Positions 1-10,754 of a stretch of DNA of 64,000 nt are shown in pieces. Under the pieces are notes generated by a model that was not told the DNA's origin, searched no databases, and saw only the letters and a program-made list of their open reading frames with translations. The translations under genes were made by a program, and so were the position numbers. The stretch is taken from NCBI GenBank assembly GCA_942493115.1, contig OW818678.1, forward strand, positions 3,033,214 through 3,097,213, read 5' to 3'. The first letter of the stretch is position 1. Each line of letters begins with the position of its first letter. Source of the DNA: an uncultured Gammaproteobacteria bacterium (GTDB taxonomy: Bacteria; Pseudomonadota; Gammaproteobacteria; Enterobacterales; Alteromonadaceae).

Positions 1-174
1 AAACAAGTGACAGTGCAGTCGGCTTATCAGATTGAAGCTTTATTAAAAGCGCGTCATCAACCCCATAAAATGGTGATTTACCCTCAGGGCGACCACGGTT
101 TTAGTCAATATCGCGCTGAAATCAAACAGGAAATTTTAAAGTTTTATCCGCCAGCTGCACAAACGGGCAGCTAA
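1..174 (+). CDS. C-terminal fragment of an alpha/beta hydrolase (S9 prolyl oligopeptidase-like), 5' truncated by the window edge
   Basis: Frame +1 reads KQVTVQSAYQIEALLKARHQPHKMVIYPQGDHGFSQYRAEIKQEILKFYPPAAQTGS*. The 'MVIYPQGDHGF' segment matches the catalytic-His loop typical of S9-type hydrolases. Confidence 0.6.
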   Translation, partial: KQVTVQSAYQIEALLKARHQPHKMVIYPQGDHGFSQYRAEIKQEILKFYPPAAQTGS

Positions 175-219
175 AACAAACGCTGACATCCCAAGGGCTT
201 GCAAAGCGCACAAATAACA

Positions 220-247
220 AAAAGCCGGAGCAAAAACTCCGGCTTTT
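220..247. terminator. Bidirectional intrinsic terminator between the hydrolase and tyrS
   Basis: AAAAGCCGGAG-caaaaa-CTCCGGCTTTT inverted repeat between convergent genes. Confidence 0.8.
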
Positions 248-301
248 ATTCGGTGCCCGCCCATGCAGTCAGGCGATGATCTCAGTTAAGCCAGTGTCTT
301 T

Positions 302-1504
302 TTAAACCAGCGTCACCTTGGCAAACTTACGTTTACCGACCTGGAAAATAGTGCTGGAGCCTTTGGCAAATTCCAGCTTGGAATCTTCCACTTTAGTGTC
401 GCCATTTAGTTTTACGGCACCTTGTTTAATCATCCGCATCGCTTCTGAGGTGCTTTCTACTAAACCCGCTTCTTTTAATAACTGCGGAATAGCAATAGCC
501 GCAGTTTCAAGAGTTAAGGTCAGCTCCGGAATATCATCCGGCAAAGCGTTTTTAGAAAAACGTTGAGTAAAGTCGGCGTGCGCCGCTTCGGCCGCTGCTT
601 CATCATGGAAACGGGCGATAATTTCTTTGGCCAGTTCAATTTTAATATCACGTGGGTTACGACCATCAGCGGCCTGTTGTTTCAGCGCTGCAATATCTTC
701 CAGCGGGCGGAAACTGAGTAAATCGTAATAACGCCACATCAGGTCATCGGTAATGGACATCATTTTGCCAAACATTTCGGTTGGGCTGTCGGTAATGCCA
801 ATATAGTTGCCAAGTGATTTTGACATCTTCTGCACGCCGTCCAGGCCTTCGAGCAAAGGCACCATAATGACGGTTTGCGGGCGCTGGCCTTCGTCTTTTT
901 GCAGTTCCCGCCCCATCAGCAGGTTAAAACGCTGATCGGTACCACCCATTTCAATATCGGCCTCAAGCGCTACTGAGTCCCAGCCCTGCACCAGCGGATA
1001 TAAAAATTCATGAATCGCAATGGACTGGTTATTGGCATAACGTTTTTTAAAATCGTCACGCTCCAGCATCCGGGCAACAGTCTGGCGTGCGGCCAGTTTA
1101 ATCATGCCGGCGGCTCCCAGTTTTTCCATCCATTCGGAGTTAAAGGCAATACGGGTTTTGGCTGGATCCAGAATTTTAAATACCTGATCCTGGTACGTTT
1201 TGGCATTGGCTAAAACGTCTTCGCGCGTCAGCGGTTTACGGGTAACGTTTTTGCCGGTTGGGTCACCAATCATGCCGGTAAAATCACCAATCAGGAAAAT
1301 AACCTCATGGCCCAGCTGTTGGAAAGTGCGTAATTTATTGATAAGAACAGTGTGCCCAAGGTGTAAATCCGGCGCTGTTGGGTCAAAACCAGCCTTTACT
1401 TTCAACGGTTTACCTTCCTTTAATTTTGCAATTAGTTCTTCTTCTAATAACACCTCTTCACAACCACGCGTGATCTCGGCGAGGGCTTGTTGCCACTGCG
1501 TCAT
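302..1504 (-). CDS. tyrS: Tyrosine--tRNA ligase
   Basis: [13 protein letters not shown] (HIGH motif), KMSKS motif, GGTDQRFN, C-terminal S4-like domain ending FQVGKRKF. Confidence 0.98.
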   Translation of the reverse strand: MTQWQQALAEITRGCEEVLLEEELIAKLKEGKPLKVKAGFDPTAPDLHLGHTVLINKLRTFQQLGHEVIFLIGDFTGMIGDPTGKNVTRKPLTREDVLANAKTYQDQVFKILDPAKTRIAFNSEWMEKLGAAGMIKLAARQTVARMLERDDFKKRYANNQSIAIHEFLYPLVQGWDSVALEADIEMGGTDQRFNLLMGRELQKDEGQRPQTVIMVPLLEGLDGVQKMSKSLGNYIGITDSPTEMFGKMMSITDDLMWRYYDLLSFRPLEDIAALKQQAADGRNPRDIKIELAKEIIARFHDEAAAEAAHADFTQRFSKNALPDDIPELTLTLETAAIAIPQLLKEAGLVESTSEAMRMIKQGAVKLNGDTKVEDSKLEFAKGSSTIFQVGKRKFAKVTLV

Positions 1505-1665
1505 GCGGTACTCCTTCGGATAATTTTTCGCCTGAATTTATAGAACCGCATTCTACTGCAACATTCATCGTGATTAAACGCACAAAAGTCTTGGATCTTG
1601 CAAAAAATCGTTATATGCTCATTTTTTACGTGGTTCTTGTCATAATAATAAGAGATGCGCCTTTC

Positions 1666-2970
1666 ATGTTTTCATCTTTGCCCACAAAACATCGGTTTAT
1701 AATCGCTGGCTTAGCGACCTTTTTGTCTGTACTGCTGCTGATCCCTTCAGATCCTGCCGAAGCGTCAAAAGACTCGGAAAAGAGCAGCCTGGAAATTGGC
1801 AAGCGTTATAGCCTGGCAGTGCCGGTTGTGACAGATTCATTACCGCAAACTCAGGCCACCACCCTGCCACAAGAAGACAACTCGTTAGAGTGGGTTTCTG
1901 TGGAAGTGAAAAAGGGTGATGTGTTAGGCGCTGTGTTCCGTAAAGCCAATATTGACGCTGTCACTATGCAGGCCATTCTGGATACCGGCAAAGATGCCAA
2001 AACCCTGACCCGTTTATTCCCTGGTGAACAACTGGAATTTGGTCTGGCGAGCGATGGCAGCCTGCAAGAATTGCGTTATACCATCAGCAATTTAAAAACT
2101 TTAGTAGTGCAGCGCACTGCCGATGGCAAATTCGAAGCGCAACAACTGCAAAAAGAAATTGAAGTGCGTACCGAAGTGGTTGCTGGTGTTATTAGCGGCA
2201 GCTTCTGGGGTTCGGCGATGAAAGCTGGTTTAACTGAAGCTCAAATCCTTGATTTAGCAAACGTTTTTGGTTACGACATCGACTTCGCTTTAGATATTCA
2301 TTCAGGTGACACTTTCAGCGTGATGTTTGAACGCAACTATGCTGAAGGCCAATATATTGGTAACGGCGCTATTCTGGCGGCACAATTCCAGAACCAGGGC
2401 CAGGTGTATCAGGCAGTGCGTCATACGGACGGTAACTTCTATAAACCAGACGGTGGTGGCATGCGACAGGCATTTTTACGTGCGCCAGTGAACTTCCGTT
2501 ATGTCAGCTCTAACTTTAATCCCCGCCGTTTACACCCTGTTTTAGGTAAAATCAAAGCGCACAATGGTGTTGATTATGTCGCACCTATGGGCACACCTAT
2601 TATGGCGGCTGGTGATGGCAAAGTGATTGAATCCGGTATGAAAGGTGCAAACGGTAACTATGTAGTACTGCAACATGCCAACAATATTCAGACCAAATAC
2701 CTGCATTTATCCAAACGTGATGTAAAACGTGGTGAAAAAGTAAAACAAGGTGACATCATCGGCCGTTTAGGTGCCACTGGCCGTGTCACAGGCGCGCATT
2801 TACATTATGAATTTGTGGTCGGTGGTGTACACCGTAACCCTCGGACTGTGAAGCTGCCGCAAGCCGATCCACTGCAAGGTGTGGCCCGTGTTAACTTCGC
2901 CAACAACGCCAAACAATTGATTGCTCAGTTAAAATCGCATGAACGTGTGGTTCTGGCTGCCAATAACTAA
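1666..2970 (+). CDS. Peptidoglycan DD-metalloendopeptidase, M23 family (MepM-like, OapA/LysM-like N-terminus)
   Basis: HNGVDY (HxxxD) and HLH zinc motifs. N-terminal membrane anchor. ATG 1666 preferred over the track's GTG 1570. The tyrS-M23-anmK order is common in gammaproteobacteria. Confidence 0.9.
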   Translation: MFSSLPTKHRFIIAGLATFLSVLLLIPSDPAEASKDSEKSSLEIGKRYSLAVPVVTDSLPQTQATTLPQEDNSLEWVSVEVKKGDVLGAVFRKANIDAVTMQAILDTGKDAKTLTRLFPGEQLEFGLASDGSLQELRYTISNLKTLVVQRTADGKFEAQQLQKEIEVRTEVVAGVISGSFWGSAMKAGLTEAQILDLANVFGYDIDFALDIHSGDTFSVMFERNYAEGQYIGNGAILAAQFQNQGQVYQAVRHTDGNFYKPDGGGMRQAFLRAPVNFRYVSSNFNPRRLHPVLGKIKAHNGVDYVAPMGTPIMAAGDGKVIESGMKGANGNYVVLQHANNIQTKYLHLSKRDVKRGEKVKQGDIIGRLGATGRVTGAHLHYEFVVGGVHRNPRTVKLPQADPLQGVARVNFANNAKQLIAQLKSHERVVLAANN

Positions 2971-2985
2971 TTCTTTACGATATCA

Positions 2986-4089
2986 ATGAGCAGTGACCAG
3001 CTTTATATCGGCATCATGTCAGGCACCAGTCTGGATGGTGTCGATGTGGTGCTGGTTGATTTTGCCAGCCAATTCCCAACTTTAGTTGCCACTGAACTTC
3101 TGCCCTACCCTGCCCCACTTCGTGCTGAACTTGCGGCCATTAGCCAGCCTGGTGATAACGAAATAGAACGGCTGGGTTTATTAGAAGCTGATTTGGCCGA
3201 TATTTACGCCGCCGCGGTTGAGCGCTTATTGCAAAAAAGCGGTTATCAGACCAGCCACATTCAGGCCATTGGCTGTCATGGCCAGACCATCAGACACAGA
3301 CCCAAGGCTCGCCAGCCATTTAGTTATCAGATTGGTGATATGCACCGGCTCGCCATGCAAACCGGCATTCGGGTGATTGGCGATTTTCGCCGTAAAGACA
3401 TTGCTTTTGGTGGTCAGGGCGCACCTTTGGTACCGGCTTTTCATCAGGCCATTTTTGCCGACACCAACAAAGGCCGTTGTATTCTCAATATTGGTGGTAT
3501 TGCCAATATCACGCTGTTAGTGCCACATCAGCAGCTGCTGGGTTTTGACACTGGCCCCGGTAACTGTTTGCTCGATAACTGGATTGAACTGCAACAAGGC
3601 AAAACTTACGACGCAGATGGCGCTTATGCCACCAGCGGCACTTTGCAGCCAGAACTGCTTAGTCGTTTATTCTCCGATAGTTATTTTCAACAAACCGGCC
3701 CTAAAAGCACAGGGCGTGAATATTTTCAGCTGAGTTGGCTGCAAAACCATCTGGCGGGCAGCAGCTATGCCCCTGCTGATATACAACGCACTTTATGCCA
3801 GTTCAGCGCCGGCACTATGGCACTTGCTATCAGCAAATATGCGGTGTCTGAAGTATTTGTCTGTGGTGGTGGCGCCAAAAACCGCCAGCTGCTGGCCGAT
3901 TTACAACAACTGTTGCCACAGTGCCGTATCAGCACCACAGCAGAACTGGGTGTAGATCCGGATTATGTGGAAGCTATGGCTTTTGCCTGGCTGGCGCTCG
4001 CTTATGATTTACGAATCCCTGGTAATGTACCGGCCGTCACGGGCGCACGCCAGGCACTGGTATTAGGGCAGGAGTTTTTACCTTATTAG
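2986..4089 (+). CDS. anmK: Anhydro-N-acetylmuramic acid kinase
   Basis: YIGIMSGTSLDGVD, GCHGQTIRH, GGQGAPLVPAFH, FDTGPGN, GGGAKN, EAMAFAWLA. Confidence 0.97.
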   Translation: MSSDQLYIGIMSGTSLDGVDVVLVDFASQFPTLVATELLPYPAPLRAELAAISQPGDNEIERLGLLEADLADIYAAAVERLLQKSGYQTSHIQAIGCHGQTIRHRPKARQPFSYQIGDMHRLAMQTGIRVIGDFRRKDIAFGGQGAPLVPAFHQAIFADTNKGRCILNIGGIANITLLVPHQQLLGFDTGPGNCLLDNWIELQQGKTYDADGAYATSGTLQPELLSRLFSDSYFQQTGPKSTGREYFQLSWLQNHLAGSSYAPADIQRTLCQFSAGTMALAISKYAVSEVFVCGGGAKNRQLLADLQQLLPQCRISTTAELGVDPDYVEAMAFAWLALAYDLRIPGNVPAVTGARQALVLGQEFLPY

Positions 4090-4117
4090 ACCTTATCTGC
4101 CTTGTCATCCCAAAAAC

Positions 4118-4148
4118 AAAAAGCCAGTGCTGATGCCACTGGCTTTTT
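4118..4148. terminator. Bidirectional intrinsic terminator between anmK and pqiC
   Basis: AAAAAGCCAGTG-ctgatgc-CACTGGCTTTTT. Confidence 0.8.
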
Positions 4149-4193
4149 ACTTTTGGCTTATCAACCACAAAGCGGAGCTGTGCTCATTTGCGC

Positions 4194-4814
4194 TTATTCA
4201 GCGGCTTTAATTTTAGCGGTATCAGGTTTAAGCAACTGCGCTATATCTTTGCCCTGGCGTTGCCATAACTCACCAAGTGCCGCCACTAAAGCCGGATAAC
4301 CATCGTCAGCCTGCGGCATTTGCAGCTGGAATTGTTGTTGCATAATGCCGCTTTGACCGCCAACCAGTGTTGTGCCCTGCGCCGGCATCAGGCTAAAACG
4401 GCCACTCAGTAGCACTGTGCCTTGTTCAGTGCCATGAAACTGCTCCACCTGCACCAATAAACGTTGCGCACCAGGCACAACACGCTCTGTCACTCTATAA
4501 CCCGGCAATTCAGCCGCTAAAGTACGCAGCAGAATACGGCTTAGTTGTTGATCTAAAGCTTCCGCCCATTGTTGTTGCTGGGTTTTCACCAGCTGCACCT
4601 CTGAGGTTTGTAAAATCAGTGCATTGCTATTGAGGTAACTGGCCACCATCACAGGCTCCACCACCAGTACAGAGGCGTTGGCAGCAGGTACAGCAGTGCT
4701 GATAGCAGGTTGTGGCAGCTGGAAATAATTAATACTCACTGCAGAGCTGCAACCCAGCAGCAACAAAACCAAAGCGGCCACTGCGGCTTGTTGACATAAC
4801 TGACGCTTTTTCAT
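4194..4814 (-). CDS. pqiC: PqiC family outer-membrane lipoprotein
   Basis: Lipobox LLGC, 'QQWAEALD' motif, LLVQVEQFHG. Overlaps the pqiB stop. Confidence 0.85.
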   Translation of the reverse strand: MKKRQLCQQAAVAALVLLLLGCSSAVSINYFQLPQPAISTAVPAANASVLVVEPVMVASYLNSNALILQTSEVQLVKTQQQQWAEALDQQLSRILLRTLAAELPGYRVTERVVPGAQRLLVQVEQFHGTEQGTVLLSGRFSLMPAQGTTLVGGQSGIMQQQFQLQMPQADDGYPALVAALGELWQRQGKDIAQLLKPDTAKIKAAE

Positions 4815-6664
4815 GGTTGAACTCCCTGCTCAGGTTCCGGATCAGCTTTTGGATCTGCACTAATCACCAGTGCGTTGCTTTGTTGATTCATGGTTTGCAC
4901 CACAGGTTGTAAATCCCGCAACACTTTATCCATCGCCTGTAAATTGCTGTTCAGCCGCTCATACACTGGCGAGCCTGGGCTCATGCCCTGCAACGTTTGT
5001 TGTAACTGCTCCAGCGTGGTTTTCAGCTCAGCAGGCAGCTGCTGAGTGCTGTCTTTGCCAATCAGCGCATCCAGGCTTTTTACCAGTTGTTGGCTTTGGC
5101 TCATTAATTCACGGGTTTCATTTAAGGTGGCTGAGCTGTCGGCCAGCACCTGTTCTACCGGTAAGTTATTGATTTTATCCAGTGCCTGTAACACTTTTTG
5201 TTCAATATGACCCAGGCCACTGCGGGCTGTTGGCATTAAACGATAACCGGCAAATTCATCCAGTACGGCGGGCGTCAGCGCTGTTGCTGCAGCAGCAGTA
5301 TTATCGGCGTCGCTGCCGGCTAATTCATGCACAGCGCTTTTTGCTGGCGCTGAAGGCTGAACAGCCAACTGTGCTTTGGCTGCCTGCGTGTCAGCAGCTG
5401 CACCTTCAACAATATTTAGATCAACATACAAACCACCGGTCAGTAGATTGCCTGTTTTTAGCACGGCCCGCAGGCCTTTTTGCACTGCGCTGTCCAGCTC
5501 CTGTTGTAATTCCGGCAAAGTCAGATTGTCATAAAGCCGGCCCGACTCCACCCGGATCAAGACCGGAATACCCCGGTTAAAAGCAATTTGCAGTGGTTTT
5601 TTCATATTAAAAAAGTAAGGCACTGTCATCACAGTACCAATACGCACACCACGGTATTCCACAGGCGCACCAGAGGTTAAACCCCGTACTGATTCGTCAA
5701 AAAACAGCAGGTACTCCAGATATTCGTTATATAAACCGTCCTGAATGCTTTTTTTGTTCTGAAACAGCTGAAATTCACTGTTGTTTATTGCCTGCTTGCC
5801 TTTGGGCCAGCCATCCAGCACGTCAAAAGTAACACCACCACTTAATAAAGTAGCGACTGAGCCCATTTCAATGCGCACCCCTTCGGCCGACATATCCAGC
5901 GCCATGCCACTGGCTTGCCAGAAACGTACGTTTTCGGTGACCAATGCATCATAAGGGGCACGGATAAACAGCTGATAACGCATAGAACGGGCCTTGGCGT
6001 CAAATTCACCCAGCTCCACGGTGCCAACGTCATAACCGCGGTACAACACAGGGTCACCAACAGACAAAGACGTCGCATCACCACTGGTTAAAAATACCCG
6101 TACCCCGGGTGCGTCAGGCGGTGCTATCGGCGGGCTTTCCAGCAATTCAAAATTAAACTTATTCGTGGCACCTTTGCCTGGCTGAAGTTCGATATAAGCA
6201 CCTGATAACAAAGTATTTAAACCTGTGATACCACCACGACCAACGCTGGGTTTCACCACCCAAAGCTGCGATTCATCGTTCAGCAGCACATCAGTACCCG
6301 GATTCATCCGCGCTTTAATCACCACTTGTTTTAAGTCTTGTGACAACTCAACAGACACCACTTTACCGACGTCGACACTACGGCTTTTAATGGCGGTTTT
6401 GCCTGGCACTAAACCTTCGGCCGTACTTGAGAGCAAAGTTAAAGTGGCGCCCTGATTTTTATAGGTGTGATACAACATCCAACCGCCAATCAGCACTGCC
6501 ACCACAGGCACTATCCAGATTGGTGACCATTGGGTAATTTTCCGTACTTTTGCCTGTACTGAATTGGCCTGGGCTGAATGCGCTGTTGCAGCTTTGGCTT
6601 GATCACTATGCTGTTGTTCCGAATGGCCTTTTCCTTTAGAAGGATGCCCCTGCTGTTCAGTCAC
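4811..6664 (-). CDS. pqiB: Intermembrane transport protein PqiB (multi-MCE domain)
   Basis: WSPIWIVP anchor, repeated MCE motifs (GKTAIKSRSVDVG, GDPVLYRGYDVG, GAPVEYRGVRIG), C-terminal coiled coil. GTG 6664 overlaps the pqiA stop. Contains an Ala-rich insertion. Confidence 0.92.
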   Translation of the reverse strand: MTEQQGHPSKGKGHSEQQHSDQAKAATAHSAQANSVQAKVRKITQWSPIWIVPVVAVLIGGWMLYHTYKNQGATLTLLSSTAEGLVPGKTAIKSRSVDVGKVVSVELSQDLKQVVIKARMNPGTDVLLNDESQLWVVKPSVGRGGITGLNTLLSGAYIELQPGKGATNKFNFELLESPPIAPPDAPGVRVFLTSGDATSLSVGDPVLYRGYDVGTVELGEFDAKARSMRYQLFIRAPYDALVTENVRFWQASGMALDMSAEGVRIEMGSVATLLSGGVTFDVLDGWPKGKQAINNSEFQLFQNKKSIQDGLYNEYLEYLLFFDESVRGLTSGAPVEYRGVRIGTVMTVPYFFNMKKPLQIAFNRGIPVLIRVESGRLYDNLTLPELQQELDSAVQKGLRAVLKTGNLLTGGLYVDLNIVEGAAADTQAAKAQLAVQPSAPAKSAVHELAGSDADNTAAAATALTPAVLDEFAGYRLMPTARSGLGHIEQKVLQALDKINNLPVEQVLADSSATLNETRELMSQSQQLVKSLDALIGKDSTQQLPAELKTTLEQLQQTLQGMSPGSPVYERLNSNLQAMDKVLRDLQPVVQTMNQQSNALVISADPKADPEPEQGVQP

Positions 6665-7955
6665 GCTGTTTCTCCATTTGTTCGGCCGGACTTGGGTCCC
6701 ACAATAATCTTGGATCAAAACTCATTGCCGCCAGCATGGTAATAATGACCACACAGGCAAAAACAAAAGTGCCCATGCCGGGATAAACCCCGACCAAAGC
6801 GTCAAACCGCACTAAAGCCGCCAGAATAGCCACCACCAGCACGTCCACCATAGACCAGCGGCCTATCCAGTCCACCACAGGATAAATCCAGGTGCCGTGT
6901 TGATTGCGCTCGTTTAGCGGCAAGGTGGTGAGGTAACACAACCAGAACATCAAGGCGATTTTTAAAATAGGAATAACTACACTGGCCAGCAACACCACAA
7001 TAGCCACAGGATAAGCCTCGTCGTGCCACATTAAAATAATGCCGCTGATAATAGTGGAATGTACACTTTCACCCAGCGACACCGTCTCCATCATCGGTAA
7101 TAAATTGGCCGGAATATATAAAATGGAGGCGGTAACCAGCAGTGCCAGAGTGCGCTGAATACTATCAGGAATACGCTGGCGCACTTTGGTGCCACAACGC
7201 GAACATCGTAATTGTTCAAGCTCCACCAATGCAGTACAACAACTGCATACTTTCAGTTGTTGGCTTAAACCTGTTTCACCGGCAATTTTACCGGCAACCG
7301 GTTGCGGTGCAGGTGCGATGCGCGACCAGAGCTCATGCCGGTCCACCACCTGAAAAGTGCGTAAATGTAATAAACAAAACAAACAAAATGCCCAGAAACT
7401 CATGCCCAATGAAATATCAAAGTGACTCAATAGCTTCACAAAACTAACAATAAGCCCCATCAGGAAGATATCCACCATGCTCCAGGGTTTGAGCATATAC
7501 AGCAGCCTTGCCGTTTGTACCAGCGCAGGTAACCGGAAAAACATACCGAGTTTCAGATAGATAATGGCGAGCATACAAAAACAGGGAATTGCCTGAATAA
7601 ACAACCAGACCAGAATAGCCAACCAGGGATGATCTTCATCCAGCAACACGGCTGAGGTATCAAAAAAGTTCATATCACGATGGCTGCCGGCAGCGTCCAT
7701 ACCGACAAATGGGAACAGGTTGGTTAACAACAACATAAAAAGTGCACTAAGTGCATACAAAATAGGCCGCAGTGCCGACTCGCGTTGCCTGGCGTCCAGC
7801 TCGTGGCCACAACGTTGGCAATCTGCTTCTTCGCCGTCTTTTAAAGCTGGAAGTTGCTGTAATAAATCACAATAACGACAAAGCACCAGCTCAGAGTCCG
7901 GTGCTTTGTGTGGTGGTGCTGTGGCAGTAGCAACCCCGCTGTCGACGGATACCAC
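6657..7955 (-). CDS. pqiA: Paraquat-inducible protein A (two PqiA domains)
   Basis: Two CxxC...CxxC clusters, WSMVDIF and RWSMVDV motifs, ends FDPRLLWD. Confidence 0.93.
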   Translation of the reverse strand: MVSVDSGVATATAPPHKAPDSELVLCRYCDLLQQLPALKDGEEADCQRCGHELDARQRESALRPILYALSALFMLLLTNLFPFVGMDAAGSHRDMNFFDTSAVLLDEDHPWLAILVWLFIQAIPCFCMLAIIYLKLGMFFRLPALVQTARLLYMLKPWSMVDIFLMGLIVSFVKLLSHFDISLGMSFWAFCLFCLLHLRTFQVVDRHELWSRIAPAPQPVAGKIAGETGLSQQLKVCSCCTALVELEQLRCSRCGTKVRQRIPDSIQRTLALLVTASILYIPANLLPMMETVSLGESVHSTIISGIILMWHDEAYPVAIVVLLASVVIPILKIALMFWLCYLTTLPLNERNQHGTWIYPVVDWIGRWSMVDVLVVAILAALVRFDALVGVYPGMGTFVFACVVIITMLAAMSFDPRLLWDPSPAEQMEKQRD

Positions 7956-7959
7956 GAAG

Positions 7960-8307
<348 letters not shown>

Positions 8308-9936
8308 CTACCGCTGTTTGCGCATGGCCGAAGTGATCGGATAGCGTCTGTCTTTACCAAAGTTCCGGCTGGTGATTTTTGGTCCCACCGCCGACTGACG
8401 TCTTTTATATTCATTTAAATCAATCAGATTTAATACCCGCCTGACCGTTGCTTCAGCATAGCCCATCGCCGTTATCTCCAACAGCGATTTATCCTGCTCC
8501 AGATAAGCTTCAATAATGGCATCCAGCTCATCATAAGGGGGCAAATTGTCCTGATCAGTCTGACCTGGCGCCAGCTCAGCTGAAGGTGGCCTGTCGATGA
8601 CACGTTGTGGGATCACAGGTGAAATGCCGTTGCGGTATGCAGCCAAACGGAATACCAGAGTTTTTGGCACGTCTTTAATCACCGCAAAACCACCACACAT
8701 ATCCCCATATAAGGTGCAATAACCAACAGCGACTTCACTTTTATTGCCTGTGGTTAACAGCATTTTGCCGGTTTTGTTCGACATTGCCATCAACAGCACA
8801 CCACGCAAACGGGCTTGCAGGTTTTCTTCAGTAGTATCCACAGCTTTACCGGCAAAAAGCGGCGTCAGCTGCTGCATATAGCTGTCGTACAGCGGTTCAA
8901 TTGACACTATGTCAAACTGAACGCCCATGGTTTTGGCCTGGGCTGTGGCGTCTTCGACACTCATCGACGAGGTATAACGGAACGGCAACATCAGCGCCTG
9001 GACTTTGTCAGCGCCTATAGCGTCAGCGGCAATAGCGAGGGTTAAAGCTGAATCTATACCACCGGAAAGGCCAAGCACAGCGCCAGGGAAACCGTTTTGC
9101 TGAATATAATCGCGGGTGGCCATCACCAGCGCCTGATAAACCTCGCCTTCAAAAGATAAAGGCGCTGGTAAGCTAAGCTGGTGGCTCCCGGACAGATGAT
9201 GTGCGGTTTTATGTAATTGAGCCCGGTAAATATCACGCTCAAAAGCCGGCGCCTGTAATACCAGCTCACCAGTTGGATTCACCAACATAGAGCTGCCGTC
9301 AAACACCAGCTCATCCTGGCCTTGCGCCTGATTGACATAAACAAAACCAAGGTTTAAACGTTCTGCGAGCGTGGTTAACAGGTGCTGACGCTGGGCAATT
9401 TTGCCGGTTTCATAAGGGGAAGCGTTGAGCACCAAAGCCCAATCCGCCCCCGCTGCTTTGGCAGCTGCCGCCGGATGACCGTGCCAGACGTCTTCACAAA
9501 TCAGCACGGCAAAGGTTTGATTTTTAACAGTAAAAGTGCAGATACCTTCGGCATTGCCCGGCGTAAAATAACGTTTTTCGTCAAACACACCGTAATTTGG
9601 CAGTTCTTGCTTAAAATAGCGGCCAATCAGCTTGCCATTTTGAATCACACTGGCGGCGTTATACAAAACACCGTCCTGGCGCCAGGGGTGACCCACCACC
9701 AATACGCCAGCATAAGCAGCTGCCTGAATATCCAGCAAACCAGTTTCAACCAGCTGCAGCAAATCTTCACGAAATAGCAGGTCTTCCGGCGGATATCCGG
9801 TTAAGGTCAGCTCAGGAAAAACCACCAGATCAGTCGCTGCCTGCTCTGCCAGTTCAATCACCCGCAATACGTTTTGCCGCACTGCGCCTATTGGAAACTG
9901 TTGTTGCACCAGACTGATCGAAAGAGACTGCGACAT
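8308..9936 (-). CDS. nadE: Glutamine-dependent NAD+ synthetase
   Basis: N-terminal nitrilase domain with E-K-C triad (FPEL, YFKQELPNY, ICED). C-terminal GLSGGIDS, ENLQARLRG, TGNKSE, PPSAEL. Confidence 0.96.
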   Translation of the reverse strand: MSQSLSISLVQQQFPIGAVRQNVLRVIELAEQAATDLVVFPELTLTGYPPEDLLFREDLLQLVETGLLDIQAAAYAGVLVVGHPWRQDGVLYNAASVIQNGKLIGRYFKQELPNYGVFDEKRYFTPGNAEGICTFTVKNQTFAVLICEDVWHGHPAAAAKAAGADWALVLNASPYETGKIAQRQHLLTTLAERLNLGFVYVNQAQGQDELVFDGSSMLVNPTGELVLQAPAFERDIYRAQLHKTAHHLSGSHQLSLPAPLSFEGEVYQALVMATRDYIQQNGFPGAVLGLSGGIDSALTLAIAADAIGADKVQALMLPFRYTSSMSVEDATAQAKTMGVQFDIVSIEPLYDSYMQQLTPLFAGKAVDTTEENLQARLRGVLLMAMSNKTGKMLLTTGNKSEVAVGYCTLYGDMCGGFAVIKDVPKTLVFRLAAYRNGISPVIPQRVIDRPPSAELAPGQTDQDNLPPYDELDAIIEAYLEQDKSLLEITAMGYAEATVRRVLNLIDLNEYKRRQSAVGPKITSRNFGKDRRYPITSAMRKQR

Positions 9937-10118
9937 GAGGTTTAACCTGTTCAGAAAAATTCCGCGCTATGGTAGCGATTTTTCAGCGTATTCTCAAACG
10001 CCATTGGCAGTGAAAGGCCTTAAACACCAATGAATTCTGCGAATTTCACCACATTTGCCGCAGCTTAAAACTACGCTATGGTTATAACTTAACACTGCGA
10101 CACAAAAAGGATTTTGTG

Positions 10119-10664
10119 ATGCCACTTAAAATACCCAACACCCGCATTTTTGCGATACAGCGCCAGCGCCGTTTTATTGCAGGATTTAGCTTGCTGGAAT
10201 TGATGATAGTGCTGAATTTACTCTTGCTGTTGTTATTAATTGGTATGCCTTCTTTACAGGAAATGATGGCCAGACAACAGGCTGAAAGTTATGTGAGGCA
10301 ATTAAAACAACAGCTGCAATACGCCAGAGTGGAAGCCATCAGCTCAGGCACTACAGTCACTTTTTGCCCTTTGCAGGGCTCTCAATGTGTGAATCAGTGG
10401 TGGCAAATCCCAATTCAGATCCTGCGCCAGACACCAGGTTCCGGTGTGCTGGCCAAGCTGCAGCAGCTGGATCGCCCGCAAAACTCCCATTGGCTTTATT
10501 ACAACCGTGAACTACTGCAATTTCGCCGTGACGGCAGTTTAAACATGTTACAAAACGGCACCTTTATTTATTGTGCCAAACAATACCGCTGGCATTACAA
10601 ACTCAGTATCAGTCAGGCCGGGCGCAGTCAGCTGAACTATGTTGATACACCCTGCCCACAATAA
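10119..10664 (+). CDS. FimT/GspH family minor pilin (set 1, inverted relative to the rest of the set)
   Basis: Class III signal G|FSLLE, 'QLQYARVEAISSGTTVTFCP' typical of FimT/FimU. SD AAGGA 7 nt before ATG 10119. Confidence 0.8.
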   Translation: MPLKIPNTRIFAIQRQRRFIAGFSLLELMIVLNLLLLLLLIGMPSLQEMMARQQAESYVRQLKQQLQYARVEAISSGTTVTFCPLQGSQCVNQWWQIPIQILRQTPGSGVLAKLQQLDRPQNSHWLYYNRELLQFRRDGSLNMLQNGTFIYCAKQYRWHYKLSISQAGRSQLNYVDTPCPQ

Positions 10665-10677
10665 CAACAAACAAAAC

Positions 10678-10707
10678 TCCCCCTGCGGCTTCACAACGGC
10701 AGGGGGA
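10678..10707. terminator. Stem-loop between convergent fimT-like and pilE-like genes
   Basis: TCCCCCTGC...GCAGGGGGA inverted repeat. Confidence 0.6.
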
Positions 10708-10754
10708 TACGTTCACAAAACATCCTGGTCCAGCGGATTTTTCAACCTTGCCAG

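Noticed and set aside
9965-10082. Direct repeat CGCTATGGT at 9965 and 10074 in the nadE-fimT gap
   Set aside because: A 9-mer pair 109 bp apart with no known motif match could be chance.
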